A stretch of 63,792 bases of DNA, the filler included, from Octopus bimaculoides (Eukaryota): the NCBI RefSeq assembly GCF_001194135.2. It is 6 parts of 5 records of this genome, joined end to end, with 100 filler letters (N's around TTAATTAATTAA, not from the genome) between each part and the next. Parts side by side here need not be neighbours in the genome. Positions count along the whole stretch, not along the records: positions 1 to 8,431 come from NC_069004.1; positions 8,532 to 22,470 come from NC_068982.1; 4 more parts are not named here. One strand, 5' to 3'. Numbering within the stretch: position 1 is the first letter of the stretch; each line of letters opens with the position of its first letter. The notes under the pieces were generated by a model that did no database searches, was not told the origin of the DNA, and saw only the letters and a program-made list of their open reading frames with translations. Positions 1-12,371 of this stretch are shown piece by piece. Made by a program: the position numbers and the translations under genes.

Positions 1-180
1 AAAGCACCCACTACACTTTCTGAGTGGTTGGCATTAGGAAGGGCATCCAGCTGTAGAAACTCTGCCAAATTAGACTGGAGTCTGGTGTTGCCATCCGGTT
101 TCACCAGTCCTCAGTCAAATCGTCCAACCCATGCTAGCATGGAAAGCGGACGTTAAACGATGATGATGATGATGATGATG
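1..180 (+). mobile_element. 3' part of SINE-like family C with (GAT)n tail, inserted into the piggyBac remnant
   Basis: Near-identical to 8215-8420 (GGAAGGGCATCCAGCTGTAGAAAC...CCCATGCTAGCATGGAAAG...CGTTAAACGATGATGAT). Further copies at 4905-5010, 7380-7565 and 59880-60005. Confidence 0.8.
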
Positions 181-1674
181 AATGGGAGGAAGATAGTAGT
201 GATTCCTTCTATTGCTCTGAAGATGATGGTGAAAGTGATTGACAGTTTAGGTTCTGTGTCATCAGGTGATGAAGATACTCAAAAACAATTATCTGCAAGC
301 CACTCAATTATGAATGAGCAATTATGGTTCTAGTGACAGACAATAAGTTTGGCATTCTAATCCTCTTACTCAAGCAGCAGTAAGAACTTCATCTTGCAAT
401 ATTGTGCGCCAAGAATGTGGATCATCCTGTTTTGCCAAAAGATCTTGCAATAGCATTGAAACATGTTTTACTATCTTTATGCGCCGTGGACAAATGTTGA
501 AGATCAGGTTGTTTACAAAGATAAATGGAGGGAAATTGATCGCTCTGAACTAAAGAAATTTATTGGACTGATTATTCTTATGGGCGTTTATAAATCTAAA
601 CGTGAAAATGTCACACAGTTATGGAGTGAAGAAAATGACTGTCCAATATTCAACAGAATTATGAGCTGGGGAAGATTTCAACAGATTTTACAAGTGTTGC
701 ATTTTGATGATGCTAGTGCAATAAGAAAAGAGAGAAGTGATGATAAATTGGAGCCCATAAGAGAAGTATTTGAAATGTGGGATCAGAATTTGCAAGATGG
801 ATATGTTCCAAGTTCAAGCATGACACTTGATGAACAATTAGTTTCATTCAGAGGGTGCTGCCCATTCTGGGTATATATTCCTTCAAAACCAGAGAAATAT
901 GGAATTAAAATTTCAGCAATATGTGACAGTGAAATATCTTACGTTTGGAAAATGCAAGTCTACACTGGAAAAGACCCAGTAAAAGGGAAAGTGACAAATC
1001 AAGGTTCAAGAGTTGTTGAAGTCCTAGTAAAAGAACTTGAAAATACTGGTCACAATATAACTTTAGATAATTTTTTTACAAGTCTAGGATTGGCTCCAAA
1101 GCTGCTTAGCAAGAAAACTACTTTAGTTGGAACAATTAGAGAGAACAGAGCTGAACTTCCGAGTGCTTTCACAAATGGAAAAGAAACATAAATCAAACAG
1201 CACAATATTTGGATTTCAAAAGGATTCTATGATTCTACCTTATTTGTTCTACGAAAAATGATGTATTCACACTTATGAGTATAATGCACTCTCAGCCTTC
1301 AATTGATTCAAAAAGTGCTGAAAATAAACCTGAAGTTACAACAAAACAAGGAGTAGTAGATACCCTAGATAAGATGGTAAGGATACACACTTGCAAAAGA
1401 ATGACTCGGAGATGGCCTATGGTTATATTCTACAACATGATTGATATACGTGCAGTGAATGCAATTTTTAAAGTTTATAATATATTCTGTAAGCTGTATT
1501 TTTTTAATTAAAATTTGTTAGAAACAGTAATTCTTCATTCACCTGATAGCATATATAATGTAGCTAAGAAATAGTGATAGTTTGGATAAAATTTAATTAA
1601 AAGAAAAATATTGGGTCTATTGGACCCAGTTGGTAGTTAGTGACATACATTTCCTCTGGTAGACCAAGGGTTAA
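181..1674 (+). mobile_element. Degenerate piggyBac transposon: frameshifted DDD transposase, C-terminus deleted, right terminus intact
   Basis: ORF 463-1191 contains MTLDEQLVSFRG, YIPSKPEKYGIK and NITLDNFFTS. ORF 1275-1511 contains VDTLDKM and RRWPMVIFYNMID. The element ends ...CCAAGGG (1670) followed by TTAA (1671-1674). Subterminal GGGTC-N5-GACCC palindrome at 1613-1627. Confidence 0.92.
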
Positions 1675-1732
1675 ATACATTAAAAATAAATTAATATACT
1701 TTTTTATTGAATTGGTTGCCATCACTAACCAG

Positions 1733-2065
1733 AAAAATGTGTTTGGTGAGCATTAGCAAGAACATTGACATTTGGTTGGAGATTAGTGAGTTTTAGTCAT
1801 AAGTCATTATGCTCTTCCAGGTTCTGTCTGTTCTTCTGCTTTGTTAGAACTGCATTTGCATGGCTAGTTCAACCACTGCACTAAGCTTGGGGTATTTTGT
1901 AGCAGTATTTACACTGCTCCAATAGTCACTGAGGCTTTTACTTCTGAACAATGATTTAGCTCTGAGATCCATAATGTCTGCATTTTCTATTTCCAAACCA
2001 AACAGGGTAACAATCCAGTCAGGTACATGAATTTTCTCCAGATCTTCAGCAATTTTGCTATTCAA
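1733..2065 (-). mobile_element. hAT (Charlie/Buster-like) transposase C-terminal dimerisation-domain fragment
   Basis: Minus-strand translation EDLEKIHVPDWIV...SLSDYWS...KYPKLSAVVE, then after a frameshift/deletion HANAVLTKQKNRQNLEE..DL*LKLTNLQPNVNVLANAHQTHFS, resembling hAT C-termini. Confidence 0.75.
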
Positions 2066-2105
2066 CTTTAAAATGTTTGGTGAGGAAATGACCAGTGAGT
2101 GGTCA

Positions 2106-2672
2106 GCTCAAAAATAGTTTAAACGATTTTGCAGTGGAGACCTGAGCCTTGAAGATTGTGAGCATAGTGGATGCTTGTCTGTCATCGATGACGGTCAATT
2201 AAAGACCATCATCGAGAACTGGCAAAAGAAGTTCAAGTTGACCAGAAAACTGCCTGCAACCATTTGCATGCAATCAGAAAATCAGAAAAGCATGACAAAT
2301 GGGTACCACACAATTTGAATAAAAATCAGAAAATTCGCAGATATGAAATTTGTTCATCGCTTCTTCTCCATAACCAGGCTGATCCATTTCTCGACCATAT
2401 TGTAACTTGTGATGAAAAGTGGATTCAGTACAATAGCAAAAGCATTTTAGTCCAACGCAGTGGTTGGACAAAAATGAAGCACCAAAGACTTTCTCTAAAC
2501 CTGAGCTCTTCAAGAAGAAGGTTATGGTGACTATTTGGTGGTGTGCTGCTGGACTCGTCCACTATAACTTCTTAAAACCTGGAAAAACCATTACTGCAGA
2601 AACATATTGCCATGAAATTGCCAAAATGAATGAAAAACTGCTACTCCTCCATCCAAGACTGGTCAACAGAAA
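2106..2672 (+). mobile_element. Mariner (Tc1/mariner) transposase fragment, pseudogenised
   Basis: FKRFCSGDLSLED; KWVPHNL (WVPHEL-type motif); IVTCDEKWI (first catalytic D); KKVMVTIWW; FLKPGKTITAETYC. Frameshifted and 3'-truncated. Confidence 0.9.
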
Positions 2673-2685
2673 ATATTTTAACTTG

Positions 2686-2945
2686 TTTGATGAAAATATT
2701 TGATGAACATGTTTGAGGAAGTTTGATGAAAATGTTTGATTAAAACGTTGAATGAAAATATTGGAAGATATTTGAGGAAAATATTTTATGAAAATATTTG
2801 ATGTCAATGTTGTATAAGGTTGTTTAATGAAAAAGTTTCATGAAAATGTTTGATGGATGCGCCAGTTGAACTGGTTTAATGAATGTGTTTAGTGAAGATG
2901 TTTGATTTAGAGGTTTGATGAAGATATTTGATAAAAACGTTTAAT
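2686..2945. repeat. Degenerate ~13-bp minisatellite (TTTGATGAAAATR)n
   Basis: About 20 imperfect TTTGATGAAAATA/G-like units directly after the mariner fragment. Confidence 0.75.
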
Positions 2946-3320
2946 TTATTTATTTTTGTCCTTTATTCTTGTTTTGAGAAGAAACCTAACTTCAAGCAAC
3001 GTTTTAGAAATATCTTCTAAATCATGTAAAGTATATAGGAGGTGCAAATTTTGATTCTGTACCCCTCAAAAATTTTAAGGGGTGCATGTGCACCACCTAC
3101 ACCTCCTGTTCCCAGGCCCTTGTTTGAGACATGGCCAGAGTCCAATGACTGAAACAGTAACAAAAACTAAATGAGGAAACTAAACACCTGGTATGTACCA
3201 GAGTTATTTCTATAGTTTATATACTTTACCCCTTCTCCATTGAATTTGTGACCATGTCCCTAAATGTAAGATTATTGTAGATGTGTTGTTGATGTATTGT
3301 CTTTCAACCTTTGCCATCAG

Positions 3321-3571
3321 GTCTCCTGCAACTGGATATGTCTGCAAACGAAATCCGTGCAAACTGGAAGATAAACTGTGCATGATAAACAAGACCCGTA
3401 CCATAGGCTGGGAATTCATATCTATCCCTTCTCATCCTGAGGTGCTGGAGGAACCCATGATGTTGCTAATGATACAAACCAAGGGATACAAATACTACCC
3501 AAACTTATTGCTGACCCTCAGTCATGGTAATGAAGACGCATATTTCAGTGCTGCTATAAATAACTCAAATG
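3321..3571 (+). CDS. Fibulin-family gene, penultimate coding exon (C-terminal domain, first part)
   Basis: Acceptor ctttgccatcag|g at 3320, donor AATG|GTAAGA at 3571. Translation SPATGYVCKRNPCKLEDKLCMINKTRTIGWEFISIP...LLTLSHGNEDAYFSAAINNSNG parallels fibulin-1 CERLPC...ISFP...GGNEEGFF...SG. An alternative acceptor at 3280 is possible. Confidence 0.85.
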
Positions 3572-3585
3572 GTAAGAAGAAAACT

Positions 3586-3999
3586 GTTGTTGTTGTTGTT
3601 GTTATCATGGTTGCCATTCGACATTTGATAGTTTCAGGCAGATTTCTACTGCATCACCTCTATGTTGCTGGGGTCTGTGCAGCATTGTGAGTTCTTTTTT
3701 GTTGTTGGGGAAATGCAAACTCTTCCTGGTATTGTATTGTTTTGTTATGGGGTCTGGTTGCAATTTTTTTGTGTATCAGTGTTTGTATAGTGTGTTGTGC
3801 ATGTCATGCGAGTTGTGTTCTTCTGTTGGGTATCCAACCTGTGGAGTGCATATAGTGGTGATTGTTTGTTTTATTGGATATTTACTGTGTAGAGTATGTG
3901 GTTGTGGCTGGTTTTATTTGTGTAGAATGTGGGCTGTTCCAAGCAGGGAAACTTTTTGAATAGTGTGCAAGTGTTGAGTGTCCAAGTGTAGCTTCTATG

Positions 4000-4035
<36 letters not shown>
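3586..4035 (-). mobile_element. 5'-truncated R4/Dong-type (RLE) non-LTR retrotransposon 3' end
   Basis: Minus strand reads LHTIQKVSLLGTAHILHK, then a long 3' UTR and an (AAC)n tail at 3586-3603. The truncated 5' side abuts (TAA)n. Confidence 0.7.
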
Positions 4036-4036
<1 letters not shown>

Positions 4037-4752
4037 ATTTTAAAAAGGATTGACGTAACTCTTCACAAAGGTAAACAGCCAAGATGAAGAGCATGATTCG
4101 ATTGTAATAGATATTTTATTGGTTGAACGATATTCCAAAATATCGTTCAACCAATAAAATTCAACTATTACAATCAANNNNNNNNNNNNNNNNNNNNNNN
4201 NNNNNNNNNNNNNNNNNNNNNNNNNNNNNNNNNNNNNNNNNNNNNNNNNNNNNNNNNNNNNNNNNNNNNNNNNNNNNNNNNNNNNNNNNNNNNNNNNNNN
4301 NNNNNNNNNNNNNNNNNNNNNNNNNNNNNNNNNNNNNNNNNNNNNNNNNNNNNNNNNNNNNNNNNNNNNNNNNNNNNNNNNNNNNNNNNNNNNNNNNNNN
4401 NNNNNNNNNNNNNNNNNNNNNNNNNNNNNNNNNNNNNNNNNNNNNNNNNNNNNNNNNNNNNNNNNNNNNNNNNNNNNNNNNNNNNNNNNNNNNNNNNNNN
4501 NNNNNNNNNNNNNNNNNNNNNNNNNNNNNNNNNNNNNNNNNNNNNNNNNNNNNNNNNNNNNNNNNNNNNNNNNNNNNNNNNNNNNNNNNNNNNNNNNNNN
4601 NNNNNNNNNNNNNNNNNNNNNNNNNNNNNNNNNNNNNNNNNNNNNNNNNNNNNNNNNNNNNNNNNNNNNNNNNNNNNNNNNNNNNNNNNNACTCTTTTTG
4701 TATCATATTGTCCTGCACTGTCTGCAATCTTTTATATGAACCCTCAGTAAAG

Positions 4753-4785
<33 letters not shown>

Positions 4786-4904
4786 TAATTGACTCTTGTA
4801 CTATGAAGACATCCTTTGGATTTTTCCATTCAAAACATATTTTATTTCAAACATTACCAAATGAAATTTCTTCTAAATAGAAATATAATTAGCAAAGAAA
4901 CCAT

Positions 4905-5010
4905 GCCACAGCAGACAGTTGGAGTCTGGACAGCTTCTTGCTAGCCAGCTCCATGTCAAACCGTCCAACCCATGCCAGCATGGAAAGCAGATGTTAAACG
5001 ATGATGATAA
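4905..5010 (+). mobile_element. Family C SINE-like 3' fragment
   Basis: CCGTCCAACCCATGCCAGCATGGAAAGCAGATGTTAAACGATGATGAT matches the family C tail. Confidence 0.75.
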
Positions 5011-5069
5011 CTTCAGTATGTTTTTCTCAATTTCTAAAATTGTTGTTACTTTCTCTTTTGTATTTTCAG

Positions 5070-5215
5070 GTGCTTTATATTTGATAAAACCAATTCTTGG
5101 ACCTCTAGAATTTTTAATTACTCTGGTACTGGAAAATCACAGTGAGAATCCACATCTGCTCATCACCCGCCATATCACCTTTGTCAGTATTCATGTATCA
5201 GAATATACATTCTGA
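5070..5215 (+). CDS. Fibulin-family gene, terminal coding exon
   Basis: Strong acceptor ttctcttttgtattttcag|gt, phase 1 matching the 3571 donor (N-G|A). Translation GALYLIKPILGPLEFLITLVLENH...HITFVSIHVSEYTF* has the fibulin-type VSxYxF ending. Confidence 0.88.
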
Positions 5216-5599
5216 TAGCTAAATCAGCAGACAGAGATACAGAAGAGGACCAATTCTACAGCAATACAATTACCGGTGCTAAACACAAGACTACTAATTC
5301 TACATTTTTTTTTCTATATTTACTGATATAAGAATTCCAGTGATGACCAGTCCTTCAATTAACAATATATATATATACATATATATGTATATATATATAT
5401 ATATATGGCTGGAGGATGGATAGATGTTTATGTGTGTGTTTGTATGTATATCTGTGTGTATATGTATTTGTATGCATGTATATGTATATAGTGACACTTC
5501 AATTTAATGGACGAATAGGGGAAAGGTGTGTGTATTAAGTGAAAGGTAATGTGTATATGAGTGTGTGTGTGTGCGTGTCAGTATATGTATATATGTATG

Positions 5600-5990
5600 T
5601 GATGATGACAGTTTTTTTTCTTGTCTGAAGATCCTGAGGAAGAGTAGCAAGCCCCTACTTAGGGGCTAGGCAAACTAATCCTTGAACAACAGATTCCGGC
5701 ACACTTGGGGCAAATGTGTAGTCTTTGGTCAGATAGCGGTCAGGACAATGACTCATTCCTTCTTTGGCCTTTCTCATCCATCACTGTTGCTCCAACCTTC
5801 TCAAAATTTATCTGAATCTCATTGTTCTCAATGAGAATGAGTGCTCAACACTACACTGGTGGATAAAGATTCTTTATTTGTGCATTAAGACTGCCATTAA
5901 TCTCATAGTTATTCCAGCCTATAGAGAAATCAGTGTTTGTTTCCGGAGACAAAGACCACTTTTTCTGTGATGGGCTTGAATAATAGTTGA
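5600..5990 (-). mobile_element. Degenerate RTE-like LINE 3' end
   Basis: Minus strand EKGQRRNESLS*PLSDQRLHICPKCAGICCSRISL resembles the RTE-type C-terminal CxxC..SRIGLxSH finger, followed by ...TCTTCAGACAAG...CTGTCATCATC. Confidence 0.55.
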
Positions 5991-6837
5991 GGTGTTCCTT
6001 AACATGAAACAAAGGCTAGCTTTAATACACAAAAAAAGAATTTATATACATATATATATACATATACACATGCACACACAATGACCCCTTACATTAATAA
6101 ACTAATAGGGGGGAGATGTGTCTAATACAGTCAAAAGTCCGTTAAATTGAAAGGAACCTAAACGGCTATTGTTTCATAGCTTTTAATGTAAAGAAATGCT
6201 TTACGCAACTGCCCAACATAAAATTAAAATTAAATTATAATAAAGAATTTTTTATACGACTGAGAAAGACTGAGACCAAAGCGGAGCCTTTTCCATTCAA
6301 CACAAAACACCTTTTTTTTTTTCTGTTACAGACAACAAACCAAAGCAAGACATAAATTTACTCAGACTAACAATACCTAACAGGACAGAACTAACTTCTT
6401 TTATTTCATGAAATAATTGATGAAATATTGATGATTCAACTAATAAATAATACAAGAAGAAAAGAAAAAAGTATTCTACAATTTGTTTTCTTTCTCCAGC
6501 CTCTCCATTTTCTCCATTCTTTCTTCTTCTCTTTGCATATCACTTGAAACACCTGATTCACTTCTGTTTCTTCCTTTCACATCTAAACCTTCCTTGTACA
6601 CTTCTTTGTTTGTGTTTTTGCTTTATATTTATGCCCTTTTTAAAGAAGTGCCTTCACTTGCCTAACACTGCATACTTTGTTTGCCTCAATTTTCTCTCTT
6701 TTTAATTGTGTATGCAGACATAGTGTACAGAAGGGGATGATAATCCAAGCTGTGCCCTTGCGAAGTAGATCCGCACATTCCAGTAATCAAATGCATGTAG
6801 GTGTTTTATTTTGAATAAGAAAGTCATACACACTGAA

Positions 6838-7190
6838 GGTGCAGGTGTGGCTCTATGGTAAGAAGTTTGCTTCCCAACCACTTAGTTCTAGGTTCAGTCC
6901 CATTGCATGGCAGCTTGGGCAAGTGTCTTCTGCTATGGCCTCATTTCAACCAGAGCTTTGTGAATAGAGTTTGTGGATGAAGGCTCAAAGAGGTCCATCA
7001 CATTTGTGTGTGTGTGTGTGTGTGTGCGTGCATGTCCCCCACTACCGCTTAACAACTGGGGTTAGTATATTAGTGTTTCCATGACTTGGCAAGAATAAAT
7101 GTTGGGCTTTGAGAAATGGGTGCTGGGATTGATTGATTCAACTGAAAGTTCTTCATGGCATGCCCTAGTCTAATGACTAAAATAAGTAAA
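6838..7190 (+). mobile_element. tRNA-derived SINE family A, diverged copy
   Basis: A-box-like TGGCTCTATGGTAAG, B-box-like GGTTCAGTCCC, internal (TG)n, family 3' half. Confidence 0.75.
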
Positions 7191-8049
7191 AGAAATTAGT
7201 TGAAAGTCCTGGTAAATCACAATGTTTGCAGAGTAAGTATATATTAAAAGGTAAACTGGGAAATTTGGTATAGAACCAGTCTGACACATGTGCTTCTTTC
7301 ATGTTCAGCCTTCTTTGATGTTTTAGCCTGCAAACATAAAGTTCCTCCCCTCCGGTTTCAAAGGCTTGCAAGCTGTACGGTAACATGGAAAAAGCACCAG
7401 TGTACACTAGTGATATGGCTGATGTGAGGAAGGGCATCCAACCAGAGAAACCGTGCCAAAGTATACATTGAAGGGTGATGCAGTTCTAGGACTTGTCACA
7501 TTATGTCAAACAATCAACCCATGCCATCATGAGATACAGGAATTAAATGATGATGATGATGATGGTATATAAATGTGTGTGTGTGTGTGTGTGTGTGCGT
7601 ACGTGTGTGCATATATATATATATATCAACATTATCAACCACACGTATTCAATGTCTGTGTTTTGCTTGTTTCACAGTATGCTGTGCATAGTGCTAATTT
7701 AAATTTTGTAGCTATATAATGCTATTTAAAAACCTGGAACCATCCATATCATTATTGCTATTATTATCAATTACTTATATTCACTACGGATAATATTAGC
7801 AATAATAATATCTTTCAAGTATATATATAGAGAGAGAGAGAGGGGGGGAGAAAGAGAGTGGATGTGTTTGTGAAGTGATGTACAGATATTGTATATTTAG
7901 AATAATAAAGTAGTCAGAATAAATATATATATAATCATCCAACATTCTGACTACCTTATCCAAAATATATATATGTGTGTGTGTGCGTATGTGTATACAT
8001 ACATGTATATATACATATATACACACACACACACACATTGGGGCAAGCG

Positions 8050-8420
8050 AAAGCAAAATCATGATGGAACCTGTGCCCAGTGTCGCCTTCCTGGCACTTG
8101 TGCCGGTGGCATGTGTAAAGACATTTGAACAAGAACGTTTCCAGTGCCGCTGGACTGGCTCCTGTGCAGGTGGCATGTAAAATACACCATTTTGAGCATG
8201 GCCGTTGCCAGTACCCCCTGACTGGCCTTCGTGCCGGTCGTATGTAAAAGCATCCACTACACTCTCAGAGTGGTTGGCATTAGGAAGGGCATCCAGCTGT
8301 AGAAACTCTGCCAAATCAGATTGGAGCCTGGTGTAGCCATCTGGTTCACCAGTCCTCAGTCAAATCGTCCAACCCATGCTAGCATGGAAAGCAGACGTTA
8401 AACGATGATGATGATGATGA
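8050..8420 (+). mobile_element. Family C SINE-like element, longest copy, with (GAT)n tail
   Basis: Internal ~60-bp repeats (TGCCGGTGGCATGTRAAA), GGAAGGGCATCCAGCTGTAGAAAC core and (GAT)n tail. Confidence 0.8.
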
Positions 8421-8531
8421 TATATATATATNNNNNNNNNNNNNNNNNNNNNNNNNNNNNNNNNNNNNNNNNNNNTTAATTAATTAANNNNNNNNNNNNN
8501 NNNNNNNNNNNNNNNNNNNNNNNNNNNNNNN

Positions 8532-8704
8532 ATTCCTCTTCTAATGGGGATGGCTTTCGTTTTCACAAGTCCCTCTTTTGTTTGGAGCTGTAGCACTGTC
8601 TGCCATTTGTTCATTGAGTGCTCTATGTATTTTATGATAATTGGTGCCACCTTGTTTATGGCTAGTGTTTCCAGAATCCACGTGTGGGGAACACTGTCGA
8701 AAGC
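8532..8704 (-). mobile_element. R4/Dong-type reverse transcriptase fragment
   Basis: Uninterrupted AFDSVPHTWILETLAINKV...MNKWQTVLQLQTKEGLVKTKAIPIRRGI (RT motifs AFDSVPH and IxRGI). Its 5' end joins a long (TAA)n array; its 3' end runs into a gap. Confidence 0.85.
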
Positions 8705-8705
8705 C

Positions 8706-8744
<39 letters not shown>

Positions 8745-8757
8745 CTTGTTATTGTTA

Positions 8758-8852
<95 letters not shown>
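8705..8852. repeat. (ATT)n microsatellite
   Basis: About 48 trinucleotide units. Confidence 0.95.
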
Positions 8853-10045
8853 TTTAATATTGTCAATGAATATTGATAGAAGATACGGGAGAATTGGTTT
8901 CTAATAATTCAGGATGTGCCGCAACAGTACAATGTTTTACTTCTTTTTGCCTTTTGAGATAAAAATAACTATTATTGCTAGAAGTATTGGCAAATACAAA
9001 ATTTTCACTTTTATCTGTTTCTTTGCCAGTGTTTCTCAGTTTAACTGATTCCAATAATTGATCTGGCAAAGTTTAATATTAATTCTAACCAGTTTCTAAA
9101 TAGCTCCACTGTCATTTTCGAATTCCCCTAATCAATATTTGTCGCAATTGGTAAACAAATAACCACGAAAAATTTAGTATAATGAAATAGACTAAATGAT
9201 TATGAAACAATGTAGCCCTTGTGCTAAAACCCGCAATGTTTGAAAGATCAGAGTTTTGTTCATCGGGCATGGAGATAGCATTTATATTTAAGTAACATTA
9301 GGATATTAGGTGCAACTTAAAGCACAATTAAGATGATGGTGATAGTAGAGGTATTGATAGTGATGGTGTTGGTGATGATGGTGACAACCATGATGATGAT
9401 AAGGAGGAGGGGGAGGTGATGAGGATGTTGATGATATTGACGATGAAAATAAAATTAATACTCTATCTAAACGTCAATCATTGCACTGGTAATGAAAATC
9501 AAATACAATTTGCACGCATGTATTTAGGCATTTGCATTGAAACAAACGATGAATATGTATCATTTCATTGTATTCCACACAATATATTTAATTTTAAAAT
9601 CAACGTTACTTACCTTTCTTTTCAATATTTGAAAAATCTCTTTTATATTTCTTCAGAAAAATATCAACCGAGAGTTACACAATGTGTAAGTATAGGAGTA
9701 ACTGCTCAATGGTCGAAAACAATAAAATAAGCTATACTACAGGAACTACATTCTGTTGTTTATGTTCTTTATCCATTTTGATTCATAATTATATTATTCT
9801 TTGAAAGACTCGTACGTGTTTCATCGTGTTAAAGATCCTGATTATGCCATCCATTCTGTTCCATAAACTGATGTTAGACTGTAACATAGAAACACGCTCC
9901 TGTATTCTGAAGATTTCGTCTATAGTGAAGGACTGCAGAGAGTCTAAAATTAAAATCTGGTTATCTTTTTAAAAAATGATTTCATTTCATAGGTAAAGTT
10001 AATTATAAATAATTTGAACACGTTTTTCGACAAGTAGAACATTAA

Positions 10046-10115
<70 letters not shown>

Positions 10116-10267
10116 GTCTGTCTATCTATCTCTAACTCCCTCTCTCACTCTCTCTCTCTCTCTCTGTGTATATATAAACATATATATATATATAGAAATG
10201 AAAACCAAGATGAGAGTGGAGATATATTCATATCTAAAACATTTTTATTAAAAAGTTTTCTATAGTA

Positions 10268-10610
10268 GGCGCAGGCGTGGCTCTATGGTAAGAAGCTTGC
10301 TTCCCAAACACATGGCTCTGACTTCATTCCCACTGCGTGGCACCTTGGGCTAGTGTCGTATACTATAGCCTTGTGAGTGGATTTTGTAGGCGGAAACTGA
10401 AAGAACCCAGTCGTATATATAAGTATGTATATATTTATGTTTGTCTTTGCGTCTGTGTATGTCCTCCTCACCATCGCTTGACACGCGATTTTGGTCTGTT
10501 TACGTCCCCATAAGTTTATGGTTCGGCAGAAGAGACTGATATAATAAATACCGGGCTTACAAAGAATAATTGAAGGGGTCGATCTCTTCGTCTAAAAGGC
10601 AGTGGTCCAG
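10268..10610 (+). mobile_element. SINE family A copy
   Basis: GGCGCAGGCGTGGCTCTATGGTAAGAAGC head, GGAAACTGAAAGAA, TACGTCCCC core. Confidence 0.8.
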
Positions 10611-10669
10611 TGGGAGTCTTCTGTAATTTGTTTATATTCATATGTTAAAGATATTTTTAATCCACATCA

Positions 10670-11880
10670 TTAACTGGTTGTTATATTATTCTTGTTATTT
10701 CCGTTCAGATCAGGTTTGAACATTTTAATAAAGCGATTTTCTTTTATCTTTTTTCCAATCTCACTCGTGTTATGTAGTTTGTGGAAACGATAAATTACAA
10801 ATATTTTCTGACCACATGTTTCAATATGTTCGCTCAATGGAATTTGGCGAACATTAGGGTTCCGATAATGCATTCCATCTCTCGCCAATGTTCATCGCAA
10901 TTAGGGCATTTAATGCAGTAGATCAAATTTCTGTTTTTGCAGTTCATATCTGCATTTGTGAAAATTGTTAGTCTTTTGTTTTAATTCATCTACCAGCATG
11001 AATGTATTAAACTTGGATACTGTGAATTTTTCATCCCGTTTGTTCATGCTGAAGTTTGCCTTTGTTAATAGTTTCTTTAAGTTATGTGGTTACCTTTAGC
11101 TTAAGATAAGTGTTTGATTAGTCATTATGTTTTCCCCCTTTGTTTCATGATTGCCAAATTTGTTTTGAGGATGTTAAAAATGTTTTTGTGATGTGGATTG
11201 TGTGTTACTAGAAATGGTATTGTGTTCCATCGATGGGTACGTCTTTCTCGTGTTGCCCTAAGTTGATCTGTAGGTATCTCTTTTGCTCGTTGTATGCTAT
11301 TTTCTATGAGTAGGAGAGGATATTTTTGTTCCAGCAAAATCCGTTGAGTTCTATAAGTCGTATGTTTCTTGTACGTTGACCATCTACTATAGTACTTTTT
11401 TCGGGCTTGACGGTACGGGATATTGCGTTTTGTGACATGATTTGAAATTTAGGCACTGGTGTGTAACTGTGCTTTTGTAATAAATATCAGTTGTGATTGT
11501 GGTGCTGATTTTTGGTTATCATTATGTCAAGAAACAGTAATTTTGTGTTGCACTTTTCTCTTGTGAATTCGTGACTATGTACAGATTGTTGAGGTGGGTG
11601 CTGAATTGTTTCAGATTTTCTAGGGAACTGGTCCATTTGTCCTCTATATGCCTTCCAAAGGTCATGCCGTAGTTTTCTTCAACTTTTTGACATAGGTTTT
11701 GTTCCAAGTGTCCCATTACTGAGTCCGCCAAAACTGGAGTAAATCGCGTCCCCATAGCTGTGCCTCGAATTTGGAGGTAGTTTTTTTTCCGTTGAAAAGG
11801 AATGTATTGTTTTCGAGGATGATGCCGACTGCGTTTAGTATGATGGTTACCGTAAATCTAGATTTTCAAATCGGATGATT
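10670..11880 (-). mobile_element. Degenerate Penelope-like element (RT plus GIY-YIG endonuclease)
   Basis: ENNTFLFNG..YLQIRGTAMGTRFTPVLA (RT); LEQKYPLLLIENSIQRAKEI..IPFLVTHNP (linker); MNCKTENLIYCIKCPNC and PLSEHIETC..KENRFIKMFKPDLN (GIY-YIG domain). Multiple frameshifts. Confidence 0.85.
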
Positions 11881-12337
11881 ATTACTAACGTATGAAAGCG
11901 CCAATTGAAAGTTATGAACGTCACAAGATATTTTTTGTTGAACATACTTCAACATTGTAAAAAAATAATTTTTTAAATACAATCATAAAAAGCGTGAAAG
12001 CCAGACCATGTTGTAACTTTATTCAACTGATATATCATTCTATGCACATTTACACAAATTTGGAAACACACACACAGACACACACACACACACACATACG
12101 CACATATAGCAATAAATATAACGATATAGAATATGGAAATTCGTATATCTTCAAAAAGAACATGGAATTACCCATCGGAGGAATTTGCGTGAGTGACATT
12201 TCGTAGTACTCATACGCGTTAAATACTAATCGATGCAGTTGGCCATAATTGAGAGCCACTACGGTATCTGCCCCGATAATATATCCCTCTAAGCTCACAT
12301 TATGTGTTAGTGTGTGTATTGCATTTATGTATGTATG

Positions 12338-12371
<34 letters not shown>

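Noticed and set aside
8476-8487. TTAATTAATTAA island inside N runs (also 22515-22526, 28707-28718, 33075-33086, 51593-51604)
   Set aside because: An identical 12-mer with stops in all six frames, centred in ~44-N flanks: a scaffolding linker, not biology. Adjacency across these joins is therefore uncertain.
9614-9685. Overlapping mini-exon candidates on opposite strands (+9657-9685 and -9614-9650)
   Set aside because: Good splice motifs but no partner exons or homology; such motifs are frequent in AT-rich DNA.
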